A stretch of DNA of 64,000 nt from an uncultured Alphaproteobacteria bacterium (GTDB lineage: Bacteria > Pseudomonadota > Alphaproteobacteria > Rs-D84), in the NCBI GenBank assembly GCA_934232895.1, contig CAKQGH010000002.1, forward strand, positions 15,287 to 79,286, in the 5' to 3' direction. The notes below the pieces were generated by a model, which did not search any database, was not told the DNA's origin, and saw nothing but the letters and a program-made list of their open reading frames with translations. The first letter of the stretch is position 1. The number at the start of each line of letters is the position of its first letter. Position numbers and translations under genes: made by a program. Shown here in pieces: positions 8,276-18,611 of this stretch.

Positions 8276-9505
8276 ATGAATATGCTGCGTAAAATTTTTC
8301 TGGTTATGATTTGTGCATTGGTTATATACCCAGTCCACGCGGAGTTCTATGCCGGATACCGTAATGAATGTTGGGTTGATGACAAAGGCAGCGATGAATA
8401 CTGGTTTTGTGGATATCAGGCGGAATCGTGTCGAAGCAATGGGGCAACAAAGAAAAATAAAAAAAATTGGATATACGATGGCAAGGGTTTTGTACATGCT
8501 GGTCGAACATTTTGGTGTTGTGGTGGAACCGGCGAAAAGGAAGGCAAATTTGTCGAAGGACTAACATGGATAAAAAGTAGCGCGACGAAAACAAAGTCTG
8601 TTGGTGGTGGCACATGTGAATACACAGAAAGGACAACTGTGTGCGACACAACCGAGGCCGATGATTGCACGGTGCCAACCAAGTGTCCCAGCGGTAAAAT
8701 ACTGCGTAATAAAGAATGCGCGACATTATGTTCCAGTGGCCAGGGATTTCAAAGTGCAACATCCAACACATGCATAGCGTGCAGTGGCACTGACCGTGGT
8801 GTGGACACTAACAAAATATGCGTTGTATGTACCGGTGGGCAAAAATGGAATGGCACGCGGTGCGAGGCCCCCAAAGAGGAAACATGCACATCCGGCCAGG
8901 GCAAAGACAGCAACGGTAAATGCGTTGCGTGTTCTGGCGAAGACAAGGGGGTTGATGACAAGGGCAGTTGTGTTGTCTGTGCTCCTGGGCGGATTTGGGA
9001 CAGTGGTACCAAGGCTTGCAAGGACAAGCCCCAGGAAACCCCAAAGGAAGAACCGAAACAAGAAGAACCTGCACCTGAAGAAGCGGAATCATCTGATGAA
9101 TCAGAACCCGAGACGCCAAAATGCCAAAGTTCTGAATATTTATCACCCAAAAGTGGCAAGTGTGTCAGCAAATCGGCATCAAAACAATACTCGCGCGATA
9201 TGTTTGATTCGTGCTATGCGTGCCCAACCGATACGCGGTTCAAACGTTGTCTAGATTTCTTTCGCAACCCGCCAACCACACTAAAAGAATCGGACAAGAA
9301 GGTTTTGGTTTCATGTAATATTGACCCATCGGAATATGATTCTGATGCGGCCGGCAAAAGCAAGTTCCGGTTGATTGATAAGTTGGGTAAATTGGGTGGC
9401 AAGGGCAAAACCGGCAGCGTCCCAACCAAGGGCAATCCGGGAAATTTGTTGCAAGAATCAGCATACCGAGACAATGTTGCCACTGCTGGGGACTATGAAT
9501 TCTAG
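8276..9505 (+). CDS. secreted cysteine-rich repeat protein (CXXC / furin-like repeats). It is a paralog of the 20212-21411 gene
   Basis: RBS aggggga then ATG. Signal peptide MNMLRKIFLVMICALVIYPVHA. Shared blocks with the paralog: 'YWFCGYQAESC', 'FWCCGGTGEKEGKFVEGLTWIK', 'GGGTCEY', 'CTVPTKCPSGK', 'CVSKSASKQYSRDMFDSCYACPTDTRFKRCL'. Confidence 0.65.
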   Translation: MNMLRKIFLVMICALVIYPVHAEFYAGYRNECWVDDKGSDEYWFCGYQAESCRSNGATKKNKKNWIYDGKGFVHAGRTFWCCGGTGEKEGKFVEGLTWIKSSATKTKSVGGGTCEYTERTTVCDTTEADDCTVPTKCPSGKILRNKECATLCSSGQGFQSATSNTCIACSGTDRGVDTNKICVVCTGGQKWNGTRCEAPKEETCTSGQGKDSNGKCVACSGEDKGVDDKGSCVVCAPGRIWDSGTKACKDKPQETPKEEPKQEEPAPEEAESSDESEPETPKCQSSEYLSPKSGKCVSKSASKQYSRDMFDSCYACPTDTRFKRCLDFFRNPPTTLKESDKKVLVSCNIDPSEYDSDAAGKSKFRLIDKLGKLGGKGKTGSVPTKGNPGNLLQESAYRDNVATAGDYEF

Positions 9506-9519
9506 TACCAGATTTAGGT

Positions 9520-9795
9520 TATAGAGTTTTAAGAATGTGGTTCGCGTGTTGGCCTCTCTACGCAATCGCCCACGAAATAAAAAATTTCGTGGGTGGTTCC
9601 CGGAGGGGAATTTGTTTTTCACGTCGCGGGATGAATTCCCCTTCGCTGGCGAAAGGGTGTCCGCATACGCGGACGGGGTAGTGGTAAAACGACACCCCGG
9701 CACTCCGTGTCACCCCTCTGGCCAGAGGGGAACAAAGCAAGTGCGCCGAATGGCGCACACATTATTTGAACTTTGCACTTTGGTATTTGAACTTT
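9520..9795. repeat. RPE-like palindromic repeat cluster
   Basis: 'cccacgaaataaaaaatttcgtggg', 'ccccttcgctggcgaaagggtg', 'gacggggtagtggtaaaacgacaccccggcactccgtgtcacccctctggccagaggggaac'. Confidence 0.75.
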
Positions 9796-9826
9796 GAAAA
9801 AACGCCCCGGATGGGGCGTTTTTTTA
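9795..9826. terminator. bidirectional rho-independent terminator shared by the convergent Cys-rich gene and groEL
   Basis: aaaaaacgccccggatggggcgttttttt. Confidence 0.7.
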
Positions 9827-11443
9827 CATCATGCCTGGCATGCCGCCACCCATCGCAGGGGCCGCCGGTTTTTCTTCGGGTATTTCGGACATTACGCATC
9901 CCGTGGTCAGGATTGCGCCCGCGGTTGATGCCGCCGCCTGGATTGCGGTTTTCACAACCTTGGCCGGGTCAATAATGCCCGCCGCCATCATATCAACATA
10001 TTCGCCGGTCTGGGCATTGTATCCGAAATTATAGTCGGTCGATTCCGAAACCTTGCCCACGACGATTTCGCCCGATACGCCCGCGTTTTCGGCAATCTGG
10101 GCACATGGGGCAACGATTGCACGGCGAACGATATCAATACCGACATTCTGGTCAGTGTTCGCGCCATGAACATTTGCCAATGCCGCCGCCGCACGAACCA
10201 GCGCAATGCCGCCACCGGCCACGATACCATCGGCAACCGCCGCACGTGTCGCCGCCAACGCATCGTCAACACGGTCTTTCTTTTCTTTAACTTCGACCTC
10301 GGTCATGCCGCCAACCTTGATAACAGCGACGCCACCGACCAATTTCGCCAGACGTTCTGACAATTTTTCACGATCGTATTCCGATGTCGTTGTGGACAAC
10401 AATTTGCGAATTTCGTCCGCACGCGCGTCAATGGCCGATTTGTCACCCGCGCCCTGGGCAATCAGGGTTGAATCCTTGCTGACGACGACCTTTTTCGCAC
10501 TGCCCAAAACCGCCGGGGTAATGTTTTCAAATGTCATACCCATATCGTCCGAAATAACGGTTGCACCGGTCACCGCCGCGATATCTTTCAGCATTTCCTT
10601 GCGGCGATCGCCAAAGCCCGGGGCCTTGACCGCGCAAACTTTCAAACCACCGCGCAGACGGTTCAGCACCAATGTCGCCAACGCTTCGGATTCAACATCT
10701 TCGGCAATAATCAACAGTGGGCGTCCCGATTGTGCAATTGGTTCCAGAATTGGCAGCAATGCCTGTAATCCCGTGATTTTCTTTTCAGAAACCAGGATTT
10801 GCGCGCCGTCCAATTCCGCCAACATTTTTTCGCTGTTGGTGACGAAATATGGCGACATGAATCCCTGGTCAAATTGCATCCCCTCGACCACGTCGATTTC
10901 TGTTTCCAGACCTTTGGCCTCTTCAACGGTGATTACGCCTTCGCGACCAACCTTTTCCATTGCACCGGCGATTTTTTCGCCAATATCACGGTCGGAATTC
11001 GCAGAAATTGTCGCAACCTGGGCGATTTCCGCGCTGTCTTTGACCGGGCGGGCATGTGCGTCAATATCGGCAACAACCGCCGACACCGCCATATCAATGC
11101 CGCGCTTTACATCCATTGGGTTCATACCCGCGGCGATAACACGGCGACCCTCGCGTATAATCTTTTGCGCCAGGACGGTTGCGGTTGTTGTGCCGTCACC
11201 CGCGTCATCACCGGCCTTTTTCGCCACTTCTTGGACCATGCGGGCACCAATGTTTTCCGCCGGGTCTTTCAGTGATACGGCCTTGGCCACGGTTACGCCG
11301 TCCTTGGTTGCGACCGGCGTGCCATACGATTTTTCAATGATTACCGTGCGACCCTTGGGCCCCATGGTGATTTTAACGGCATCGGCCAATTTATCAACGC
11401 CCGCCGCCAGTTTATCTGTATCGAAAACAATATTTTTTGCCAT
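9824..11443 (-). CDS. groL: chaperonin GroEL (60 kDa)
   Basis: 539 aa. '[10 protein letters not shown]', '[12 protein letters not shown]', C-terminal GGM repeat 'GGGMPGMM'. N-terminus somewhat divergent. Confidence 0.95.
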   Translation of the reverse strand: MAKNIVFDTDKLAAGVDKLADAVKITMGPKGRTVIIEKSYGTPVATKDGVTVAKAVSLKDPAENIGARMVQEVAKKAGDDAGDGTTTATVLAQKIIREGRRVIAAGMNPMDVKRGIDMAVSAVVADIDAHARPVKDSAEIAQVATISANSDRDIGEKIAGAMEKVGREGVITVEEAKGLETEIDVVEGMQFDQGFMSPYFVTNSEKMLAELDGAQILVSEKKITGLQALLPILEPIAQSGRPLLIIAEDVESEALATLVLNRLRGGLKVCAVKAPGFGDRRKEMLKDIAAVTGATVISDDMGMTFENITPAVLGSAKKVVVSKDSTLIAQGAGDKSAIDARADEIRKLLSTTTSEYDREKLSERLAKLVGGVAVIKVGGMTEVEVKEKKDRVDDALAATRAAVADGIVAGGGIALVRAAAALANVHGANTDQNVGIDIVRRAIVAPCAQIAENAGVSGEIVVGKVSESTDYNFGYNAQTGEYVDMMAAGIIDPAKVVKTAIQAAASTAGAILTTGCVMSEIPEEKPAAPAMGGGMPGMM

Positions 11444-11458
11444 AATTTTGTCCTTTGA

Positions 11459-11746
11459 TTATTCCAGAATTCCCAAAATGTCGGATTCTTTGATTAAAAC
11501 ATAATCGGTGCCGTCAATTTTAACCTCGTTCGCGGACGACGCCCATTTCGCAAACAGGACGGTATCGCCAACTTTGACACTCATCGGCACGCGCGCACCG
11601 TGTTCATACGCACCATCGCCCACCGCAACCACGCGACCGCGTGATGGTTTTTCCTTGGCATTATCGGGGATAATAATTCCGCCGGCGGTCTTGGATTCTT
11701 CGTTCAGACGCGTCAGCAAAACATAATTGTGTAAAGGTTTCATCAT
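11459..11746 (-). CDS. groS: co-chaperonin GroES
   Basis: 95 aa '[34 protein letters not shown]...'. RBS aggag. 15 nt upstream of groEL. Confidence 0.9.
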   Translation of the reverse strand: MMKPLHNYVLLTRLNEESKTAGGIIIPDNAKEKPSRGRVVAVGDGAYEHGARVPMSVKVGDTVLFAKWASSANEVKIDGTDYVLIKESDILGILE

Positions 11747-11856
11747 TGTTAAATTCTCCTTGTGTACCCTATATATAATACGCCGATGCGCGATTTCAAG
11801 GCTTGATTTTGCGTTTTGTGTATAATATCCTGGGGGTGACAATTCAGGGGGAAAAT

Positions 11857-12204
11857 ATGTATAATTCTGATAATGTATTTGCAAAAATCATCGCCGGACA
11901 AATTCCGTGCAAACAGGTATACAGCGACGAATACGCACTGGCATTTTTTGATGTGAACCCGCGCGCAAAAACGCATGTTTTGGTCATTCCGCGTGGCGAA
12001 TATACCGACATTTACGATTTTACCGCAAATGCCCCGGCAGAATTACAGCGTGGATTCTGGGCGGCGGTACGCAAGACCGTTGATACATTGGGATTAAATG
12101 GAAATTTTCGTGTTGTCGCCAATACTGGCGCGGGTGCCGGCCAATCGGTGTTCCATTTTCATTTGCATATTATGAGTGATGAACGATTCAAAACAGACTT
12201 TTAA
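11857..12204 (+). CDS. HIT-family (histidine triad) protein
   Basis: 'HFHLHIM' HxHxHxx motif. RBS caggggg. Confidence 0.75.
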   Translation: MYNSDNVFAKIIAGQIPCKQVYSDEYALAFFDVNPRAKTHVLVIPRGEYTDIYDFTANAPAELQRGFWAAVRKTVDTLGLNGNFRVVANTGAGAGQSVFHFHLHIMSDERFKTDF

Positions 12205-12409
12205 TATTCGCGTTATTCCGCGGGCGCGACAAAACAGTATTGAAACCGCGCCCGACGGCACAATTCGCGTGCATACAACTGCCGCACCCGCCGACGGTGC
12301 GGCAAATGCGGCCGTAATAAAAATGCTGGCCCGGCATTTTGATGTGCCGAAAACCAGCATTAAAATCATCCGGGGGGAAACCACCCGGGACAAGGTTATT
12401 CAGATTTAA
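12176..12409 (+). CDS. DUF167/YggU-family small protein
   Basis: 'IRVHTTAAPADGAANAAVIKMLARHFDVPKTSIKIIRGETTRDKVIQI'. Overlaps the HIT gene by 29 nt. Confidence 0.55.
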   Translation: MMNDSKQTFNIRVIPRARQNSIETAPDGTIRVHTTAAPADGAANAAVIKMLARHFDVPKTSIKIIRGETTRDKVIQI

Positions 12410-12957
12410 TATTCTTTAATCTCGCGTTCCAAATCCGCCGGCGTCGCCGCAATGCGAATATCGTAATCCTTGACATCTTCGATAAATCCACAGTTTTGCA
12501 TGTGGACAAACAGGCGCGCAAACGGTGCCCAGAAATCATCAGTGTTCAAAAAGAACAGCGGCTTTTTCGTTTCGCCAATTTGCTGCATCGTCATAATATC
12601 GGTCAATTCGTTCAGGGTGCCAATGCCGCCCGGCAAAATTATAAACGCGTCGGACAGTTCATACATACGCTGTTTGCGTTCGTTGACGCCGTCGACAACC
12701 TGGACATGAACGCCGGTGTGCACCGGTTCCTGTTTTGCAACAACATTATGGGTGGAAACACCAATAACCTCGCCCCCGGCGTCCAGTGCGCCATTGGCAA
12801 CCGTACCCATCAGACCCACATCGCCACCACCAAACACCATACGAATATGATTACGCGCCAACATTTCGCCAACCAACGCCGCATCGCGCGCAAACGCGGT
12901 TTCGGTACCGAATTCGTGCCCACAATAAACCGCAATAGAATTCAAATGATTTGCCAT
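12406..12957 (-). CDS. LOG-family protein (cytokinin riboside 5'-monophosphate phosphoribohydrolase-like, TIGR00730)
   Basis: 'VFGGGDVGLMGTVANGA' and 'ILPGGIGTLNELTD' motifs. Confidence 0.75.
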   Translation of the reverse strand: MANHLNSIAVYCGHEFGTETAFARDAALVGEMLARNHIRMVFGGGDVGLMGTVANGALDAGGEVIGVSTHNVVAKQEPVHTGVHVQVVDGVNERKQRMYELSDAFIILPGGIGTLNELTDIMTMQQIGETKKPLFFLNTDDFWAPFARLFVHMQNCGFIEDVKDYDIRIAATPADLEREIKEY

Positions 12958-13006
12958 TTCTTTTTTCCCTTTATTTTTGCGAATTATAGCATAAAATATC
13001 CCGGTA

Positions 13007-13984
13007 ATGAATCAGAAATTTATTAAATTTATGAATGAATTCGCCGGGCAAAAACTGGCCGTTGCGGTCAGTGGCGGTGTTGATTCGGTGTGCTTGCTGT
13101 GTTGGTTGGATGAAATCGGTGCGCACCCAATTGCGTTGCATGTGAACCATGGTTTGCGCCCCGCCGCCGGGACCGAGGCCGCGTATGTTCGTGACCTGTG
13201 TGCGGCGCGTGGGATTGAGTGCCATATATTAAATTGGACGGGCGAAAAGCCCGCCACGGGGATAGAGGCCGCTGCCCGCACCGCCCGATACAAATTGATG
13301 ACCGATTTTTGTCGTGAAAACGGGGTCGATGCATTATTGGTTGCACACCAGGTCGACGACCAAATCGAAACATTTTTAATGAATCTGGGGCGGGGCAGTG
13401 GACTGACCGGGCTGGCCGCAATGCGTCCCGTGACCATGCGTGATGGCGTTAAAATTGTGCGGCCACTGTTGGGTGTGTGGCGGCGCGAATTGCGTGAATA
13501 TTGCGATAGGAATAGAATCAAATATTTTTCTGATGAAATGAACGACGATGAACGTTATACTCGCGTCCGCATTCGTAAAAACCGGTATTTGATGGCGGAC
13601 AAACTGGGCATTTCGGACGAGCGTATTTTGTTGGCAATACAAAACTTGGGGCGGGTGCGCGATGCAATTGAAACCAATGTTGCGGACATGGTGGCACGCG
13701 TCACACAGAACAATCGTGCGGTGTTTCCAGATTCTTTTCTGTTTGACCAAGACGACGACATTAGGCTAAAATTTATCGGGACATTGATTCAGAAAATCGG
13801 GGGGGATAATTATCAGCCGCGCTTGAATTCGCTGGAACGTGCACTAGATAATCTGGGACATGATTGCCAATTTACATTGGGACATTGCACAATTCGGCGG
13901 TTAAATAACAACATTCTGGTTGTGCCCGAGGGATCAAAAACAAGTTTTAGGACAAGACATGGAAAAACAACAAAATCAAAATAA
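13007..13984 (+). CDS. tilS: tRNA(Ile)-lysidine synthetase
   Basis: PP-loop 'AVAVSGGVDSVCLL'. Conserved tilS-ftsH adjacency. Confidence 0.8.
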   Translation: MNQKFIKFMNEFAGQKLAVAVSGGVDSVCLLCWLDEIGAHPIALHVNHGLRPAAGTEAAYVRDLCAARGIECHILNWTGEKPATGIEAAARTARYKLMTDFCRENGVDALLVAHQVDDQIETFLMNLGRGSGLTGLAAMRPVTMRDGVKIVRPLLGVWRRELREYCDRNRIKYFSDEMNDDERYTRVRIRKNRYLMADKLGISDERILLAIQNLGRVRDAIETNVADMVARVTQNNRAVFPDSFLFDQDDDIRLKFIGTLIQKIGGDNYQPRLNSLERALDNLGHDCQFTLGHCTIRRLNNNILVVPEGSKTSFRTRHGKTTKSK

Positions 13985-15851
13985 CAGAAAAACGCGTCGC
14001 GACAGTGCGTTCATATATGTGGTGGTATTTGGACTGCTGTTGATTTTCACTGGCGCCCAACGTTTTTGGACGGGTGGCGTTGCGAAACAGACCCCAAATA
14101 TGATAACCGATGCGGTGCCCGCGGCATCGCGGCCGGTGGAACTGTCGTTTTCCGATGTTTTGCGTCGCGAGAGCGATATTAAAACCATGAAAATTCGCGG
14201 GGCGGATGCAACCGGCACATTGCGTGACGGCACAAAATATCGTGCGACGATTACATACGACCCGGAATTGTTGGCCAAATTGGCTCAAAATGGCACAACC
14301 ATATCAATTGATTCATCCAAGGGCGCGATGGAATACCTGGGGATGTGGTTCCCAATTATATTGGGCCTGTTCTTTATGTGGTGGATTTTCCGTGGTATGC
14401 GCGGCGGTGCGGGCGGAATAACGCGCGGTCTGGCACAACAAAATCCGACAAAAATCACAACTGGTAAACCCAAAACAACATTTGCCGATGTCGCCGGCAT
14501 CGATTCTGAAAAGCAAGAATTGATGGAGGTTGTAGATTTCCTGAAAAACAAGGAAAAATTCATTGCCGTTGGTGCACGTGTGCCACGCGGGGTTTTATTG
14601 TCTGGGGAACCCGGAACCGGTAAAACATTGTTGGCGCGTGCCATCGCGGGCGAGGCTAATGTTCCGTTTTTTGCCGCATCGGGCAGTGATTTTTCTGGTA
14701 TTATCGTCGGTCTGGGCGTGGCCAAGATTAAAGAGATTTTTGAAATGGCGCGTCGCAATGCCCCGTGCATTTTGTTCATTGATGAAATCGATGCCATTGG
14801 TCAACGGCGCAGCACTGGTTCATATAATGACCAGGATCGCGAGCAAACATTGAATCAATTGCTGATTGAAATGGATGGTTTTGCAAACGATACGGGCATC
14901 ATTGTAATTGGTGCGACCAATCGTCCAGATATGCTGGATGCGGCGCTGTTGCGTCCGGGCCGCTTTGACCGCCAGGTGTACATTGAATTGCCTGACTTGG
15001 CGGGGCGTCGTGCGATTTTGGATTTATATGCAAAAAAAATAAAGGTCGGTGCCGATGTTGATTTGCAAAATGTTGCCCGTGGCACGACCGGTTTTTCTGG
15101 TGCCGATTTGGAAAACCTGTTAAATGAATCAGCCCTGCACGCGGTGCGTAATGGTCGCACAGAAATCGCGCCCAGTGACATTGACGAGGCTCGCGATAAA
15201 ATCTTGATGGGCCCGCGCAAGGCACGCAAAATGCGCCCACAGGATATAAAATTGACCGCCTATCACGAGGCCGGCCATGCGTTCGTCAGTCAAATGTACG
15301 CCGACATTACCGACCCAATTCACAAGGCAACAATCATCCCGCGTGGTCGTGCGCTGGGTATGGTTCAACATTTGCCGGTTGATGACAAAGTTTCCATGAC
15401 CATTGCCGAGGTGCGCGCCAACCTGTCCATTGCGTTGGCCGGGCGCAGTGCCGAAGAGGTGTTTTTCGGTGCGGATAAAATCACCACTGGCGCGGAGAGT
15501 GATATTGCCATGGCAACGCGTCTGGCGCGCTATTCAATTACGACGGCGGGGCTGTCGCCGCGTGTCGGGTTGGCGGCCATAAACCAGATTACGAATTTTG
15601 GTAATCGCACGGCGTTGGAAAACGCGTCTGAAAAGACCGCCGAACTGGTCGATGCCGAGGTTAAATCGTGGTTGGATACCGCACACGCAGATGCGAAAAA
15701 ATTGCTGACCAAAAACAAGAAAACCGTCGAGAAATTGGCCAACGAATTGCTGGCGCGCGAAACATTGACGGGCGACGAAATCCGCGAAATTATTTATGGT
15801 AAACCAAAAAAATCAACCACCAAACCCCGCATGAAAAAGAATGCAAAATAA
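13959..15851 (+). CDS. ftsH: ATP-dependent zinc metalloprotease FtsH
   Basis: Two TM segments, Walker A 'GEPGTGKT', SRH 'GATNRPD', 'HEAGHA' zinc motif. Start at ATG 13959 (MEKQQNQ). Confidence 0.9.
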   Translation: MEKQQNQNNRKTRRDSAFIYVVVFGLLLIFTGAQRFWTGGVAKQTPNMITDAVPAASRPVELSFSDVLRRESDIKTMKIRGADATGTLRDGTKYRATITYDPELLAKLAQNGTTISIDSSKGAMEYLGMWFPIILGLFFMWWIFRGMRGGAGGITRGLAQQNPTKITTGKPKTTFADVAGIDSEKQELMEVVDFLKNKEKFIAVGARVPRGVLLSGEPGTGKTLLARAIAGEANVPFFAASGSDFSGIIVGLGVAKIKEIFEMARRNAPCILFIDEIDAIGQRRSTGSYNDQDREQTLNQLLIEMDGFANDTGIIVIGATNRPDMLDAALLRPGRFDRQVYIELPDLAGRRAILDLYAKKIKVGADVDLQNVARGTTGFSGADLENLLNESALHAVRNGRTEIAPSDIDEARDKILMGPRKARKMRPQDIKLTAYHEAGHAFVSQMYADITDPIHKATIIPRGRALGMVQHLPVDDKVSMTIAEVRANLSIALAGRSAEEVFFGADKITTGAESDIAMATRLARYSITTAGLSPRVGLAAINQITNFGNRTALENASEKTAELVDAEVKSWLDTAHADAKKLLTKNKKTVEKLANELLARETLTGDEIREIIYGKPKKSTTKPRMKKNAK

Positions 15852-16542
15852 CAACGAAGTGCGTTTTGAAATTATCCACATGCCGCCCGAAAATACTAAT
15901 TCGGTGCTGGTCACGCGTGGCACGGACGCCATTGTTTTTGACCCGTGGGGGCGTGCGGCCGATTGGATAAAATTGTTGGATGGGCGCGGTCTGCATTTGC
16001 GCGCCATGTATGCAACGCATGGGCACAGTGACCACATTTCGGCGGCGCCGGATTTGGCGGCGCACTATGACACCCCATGGTATATGAATCACCGTGATTT
16101 GGAATTGATTACATGGGGCAACGCATTGCTGGATTTTTTCGAAATGCCACACATCAATGCGGATTTTCGTCGCCCAGATGATTTGACGCCGGGTATGCGT
16201 GAAATTTTGCCGGGCATAAAAATGGATGTAATTGCATCGCCCGGACATTCGGCGGGTGGCATGATGTTTTTGTTTCCCGAATACGGAATTTTATTGTCGG
16301 GCGATACCATATTTCGCGATGGGGTCGGACGAACCGACCTGCCCACGGGCAATGCCGACGATTTACGGGTGTCTGTTGCCGCACTGCACAATATGAATTT
16401 GCCGAACGAAACATACATAGTTCACGGTCACGGCATCGATTCAACCATTGAAAGCTTGGCGCGGACCAATCCGTATTTTGGTGGCTGCCATCATTGTCAC
16501 GATTGCGATGGTGGTTGCGATTGCCATTGCGGCTGTAAATAA
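15841..16542 (+). CDS. MBL-fold metallo-hydrolase with Cys/His-rich C-terminal tail
   Basis: 'THGHSDH' metallo-beta-lactamase motif. Tail 'GGCHHCHDCDGGCDCHCGCK'. Confidence 0.7.
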   Translation: MQNNNEVRFEIIHMPPENTNSVLVTRGTDAIVFDPWGRAADWIKLLDGRGLHLRAMYATHGHSDHISAAPDLAAHYDTPWYMNHRDLELITWGNALLDFFEMPHINADFRRPDDLTPGMREILPGIKMDVIASPGHSAGGMMFLFPEYGILLSGDTIFRDGVGRTDLPTGNADDLRVSVAALHNMNLPNETYIVHGHGIDSTIESLARTNPYFGGCHHCHDCDGGCDCHCGCK

Positions 16543-16547
16543 TCTAA

Positions 16548-17327
16548 TCAGTTTTTTTGAAATACCAACACGCGTTCAATTCCGCCCAGGTCGTGCACGC
16601 CCCGCACAAATTCCCAACCGGCATGCGTAAATATTTCGCGCACCGCGTCCGTTTGACCCGCGCCAATTTCCAGATATATTTTCCCGCCACGCGTAATCCA
16701 TTCACGCGCGTTTTCGGCAATCGCATCGTATGCCGCCAATCCACCGCGCGCCGCGTATAATGCCATTTTGGGGTCATGCATTGCGCCCGCATCAACACGC
16801 GCATCGCCCACCGCAATGTATGGCGGGTTTGACACGATTATATCAAATTCCCCGGGACGCAATGCGCGCGGATTATCAAATCGGGCGTGCAATATTTGTA
16901 CGCGCGCGCCCAATTCCAAATTGCGTATGTTGCGGCGCGCCACATGCACCGCGCCACGCGACCGGTCAATGCCAACGCCCGTTGCGCCGGGTATATTCTT
17001 GGCAATTGCACCAATGATGCACCCCGTGCCGGTCCCCAGGTCTAAAATTCGTGGGGCGCCATTATCCGCACCGCAATCGGCAATAACCGCCGCAACCAGT
17101 GTTTCGGTATCTGGGCGTGGGTCCAGTGTGTGTTTGTTCGTATAAAAACGCAGTCCATAAAACCATTTTTGCCCAATAATTTTTGCCACCGGCACCCCGC
17201 GCCGCAATTGACGTGAAATTTTCCAAACGCGAAATCGTGATAATTTTTTCGTATTTTCAGTAATAACGCGCGCCGCGCGCACGCCACCGGCATTTTGCAA
17301 AATTGTGAACGCTTGATTTATTTCCAT
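16548..17327 (-). CDS. prmC: release factor glutamine N5-methyltransferase PrmC (HemK)
   Basis: 'DLGTGTGCI' SAM motif and 'NPPY'. Confidence 0.8.
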   Translation of the reverse strand: MEINQAFTILQNAGGVRAARVITENTKKLSRFRVWKISRQLRRGVPVAKIIGQKWFYGLRFYTNKHTLDPRPDTETLVAAVIADCGADNGAPRILDLGTGTGCIIGAIAKNIPGATGVGIDRSRGAVHVARRNIRNLELGARVQILHARFDNPRALRPGEFDIIVSNPPYIAVGDARVDAGAMHDPKMALYAARGGLAAYDAIAENAREWITRGGKIYLEIGAGQTDAVREIFTHAGWEFVRGVHDLGGIERVLVFQKN

Positions 17328-17348
17328 AAGTCCATTATAATCGGGAGC

Positions 17349-18611
17349 ATGAAAAAAGCAAAAGATATTATAAAATCCATCCCAGTGGAAAAATTAGTTT
17401 GTGCCATGGCGGCGGTATTGGCCGTTGTTGCAATTATTGTTGTTGTGTCGTCGCACAGCGGCGGCCACCATGCAATGCATGACTCGCATGACGATTGTCG
17501 TGCGGTGGTGAATGTTGCACCGGGCGATACATTGTCCAAATTGTTGTTGGAACGGGGGCTGTCGCATAACGATGTTGATGCGATTGCGCGTATTTTGAAA
17601 TCTGAGGCGTCCATTACAACATTGCGTGCCGATAACGATAAAATCGAATTCGTTCGCGCAAATGACGATGCGCCGGTATCGAAAATTATTATCATTCCAT
17701 CCCCCTGGCGCCAGGTTGAATTGACCACGGGTGCGGGCGGCGGTTGGTCTTGCCGCACGGTGGATATTCAACGCGACACGCGCGCGGTGTATAAATCGGG
17801 CGAAATTATGGATGGCGACAGTTTTTACCTGGCGGGAATGCGCGCGGGTATTCCGGCGGGCATTTTGGCCGATGTTTACGATTTGTTAGCATTTGAAATG
17901 GATTTTGAGCGCGATGTTCGTGCCGGCCAGAAATTTTCCGTTTTATACGAAGAAAACTTTTCCGATGGTCAAAAAATAGATAACGGCCATGTGTTGGCGG
18001 TGGAATTCCAGGCATTGCGTGGCGATGTAAAAATGTACCGTTTTCGCAAATCTGATGGCACAATTGGGTACTATGACGCCGACGGCAATGGCGCAATTAA
18101 ATCATTAAAGCGCACACCAATAAACAACGCCAAAATAACCAGCAGTTTTTCTGGTCGCCGTAAACACCCCGTGTTGGGATTTACCCGTGCGCACAAAGGT
18201 GTTGATTTCCGTGCATCAACCGGCACACCAATTCCGGCCGCGGGTGCGGGGCGCGTGGTTGCGCGTGGATATAACCGCGGGCATGGAAACTATGTGAAAT
18301 TGCGTCACAACGGTTCGTATGAAACATTGTATGCGCACATGTCCAAATTTGCCAAGGGCGTAAATGTTGGTACCACCGTACGCCAGGGCCAAACAATTGG
18401 CTATGTTGGTTCAACCGGGTTATCAACGGGGCCGCATTTGCATTACGAAATTATTAAAAACGGCGTGCATGTAAACCCAATGACGGTGAAATTGCCGGCA
18501 ATCAGCAACCTGGACGCGGCGAATAAAAAGAAATTCATCGAGTATCGCAAGACATTGGAATCGGGCATTGAACGCCTGCGCGATAATCCAAAATTGTTTA
18601 TCCAGCTGTAA
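17349..18611 (+). CDS. M23-family metallopeptidase (membrane-anchored)
   Basis: N-terminal TM segment. 'HKGVDF...' and 'GSTGLSTGPHLHYEI' M23 motifs. Confidence 0.7.
   Translation: MKKAKDIIKSIPVEKLVCAMAAVLAVVAIIVVVSSHSGGHHAMHDSHDDCRAVVNVAPGDTLSKLLLERGLSHNDVDAIARILKSEASITTLRADNDKIEFVRANDDAPVSKIIIIPSPWRQVELTTGAGGGWSCRTVDIQRDTRAVYKSGEIMDGDSFYLAGMRAGIPAGILADVYDLLAFEMDFERDVRAGQKFSVLYEENFSDGQKIDNGHVLAVEFQALRGDVKMYRFRKSDGTIGYYDADGNGAIKSLKRTPINNAKITSSFSGRRKHPVLGFTRAHKGVDFRASTGTPIPAAGAGRVVARGYNRGHGNYVKLRHNGSYETLYAHMSKFAKGVNVGTTVRQGQTIGYVGSTGLSTGPHLHYEIIKNGVHVNPMTVKLPAISNLDAANKKKFIEYRKTLESGIERLRDNPKLFIQL

Noticed and set aside
10206-11504. 432-aa ORF antisense to groEL, and the many 60-250 aa ORFs antisense to PFOR, the TAA, the ABC genes and the 705-aa Cys-rich gene
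   Set aside because: They are fully embedded opposite strongly supported genes. They have low-complexity composition typical of shadow ORFs in this GC range, no RBS and no motifs.
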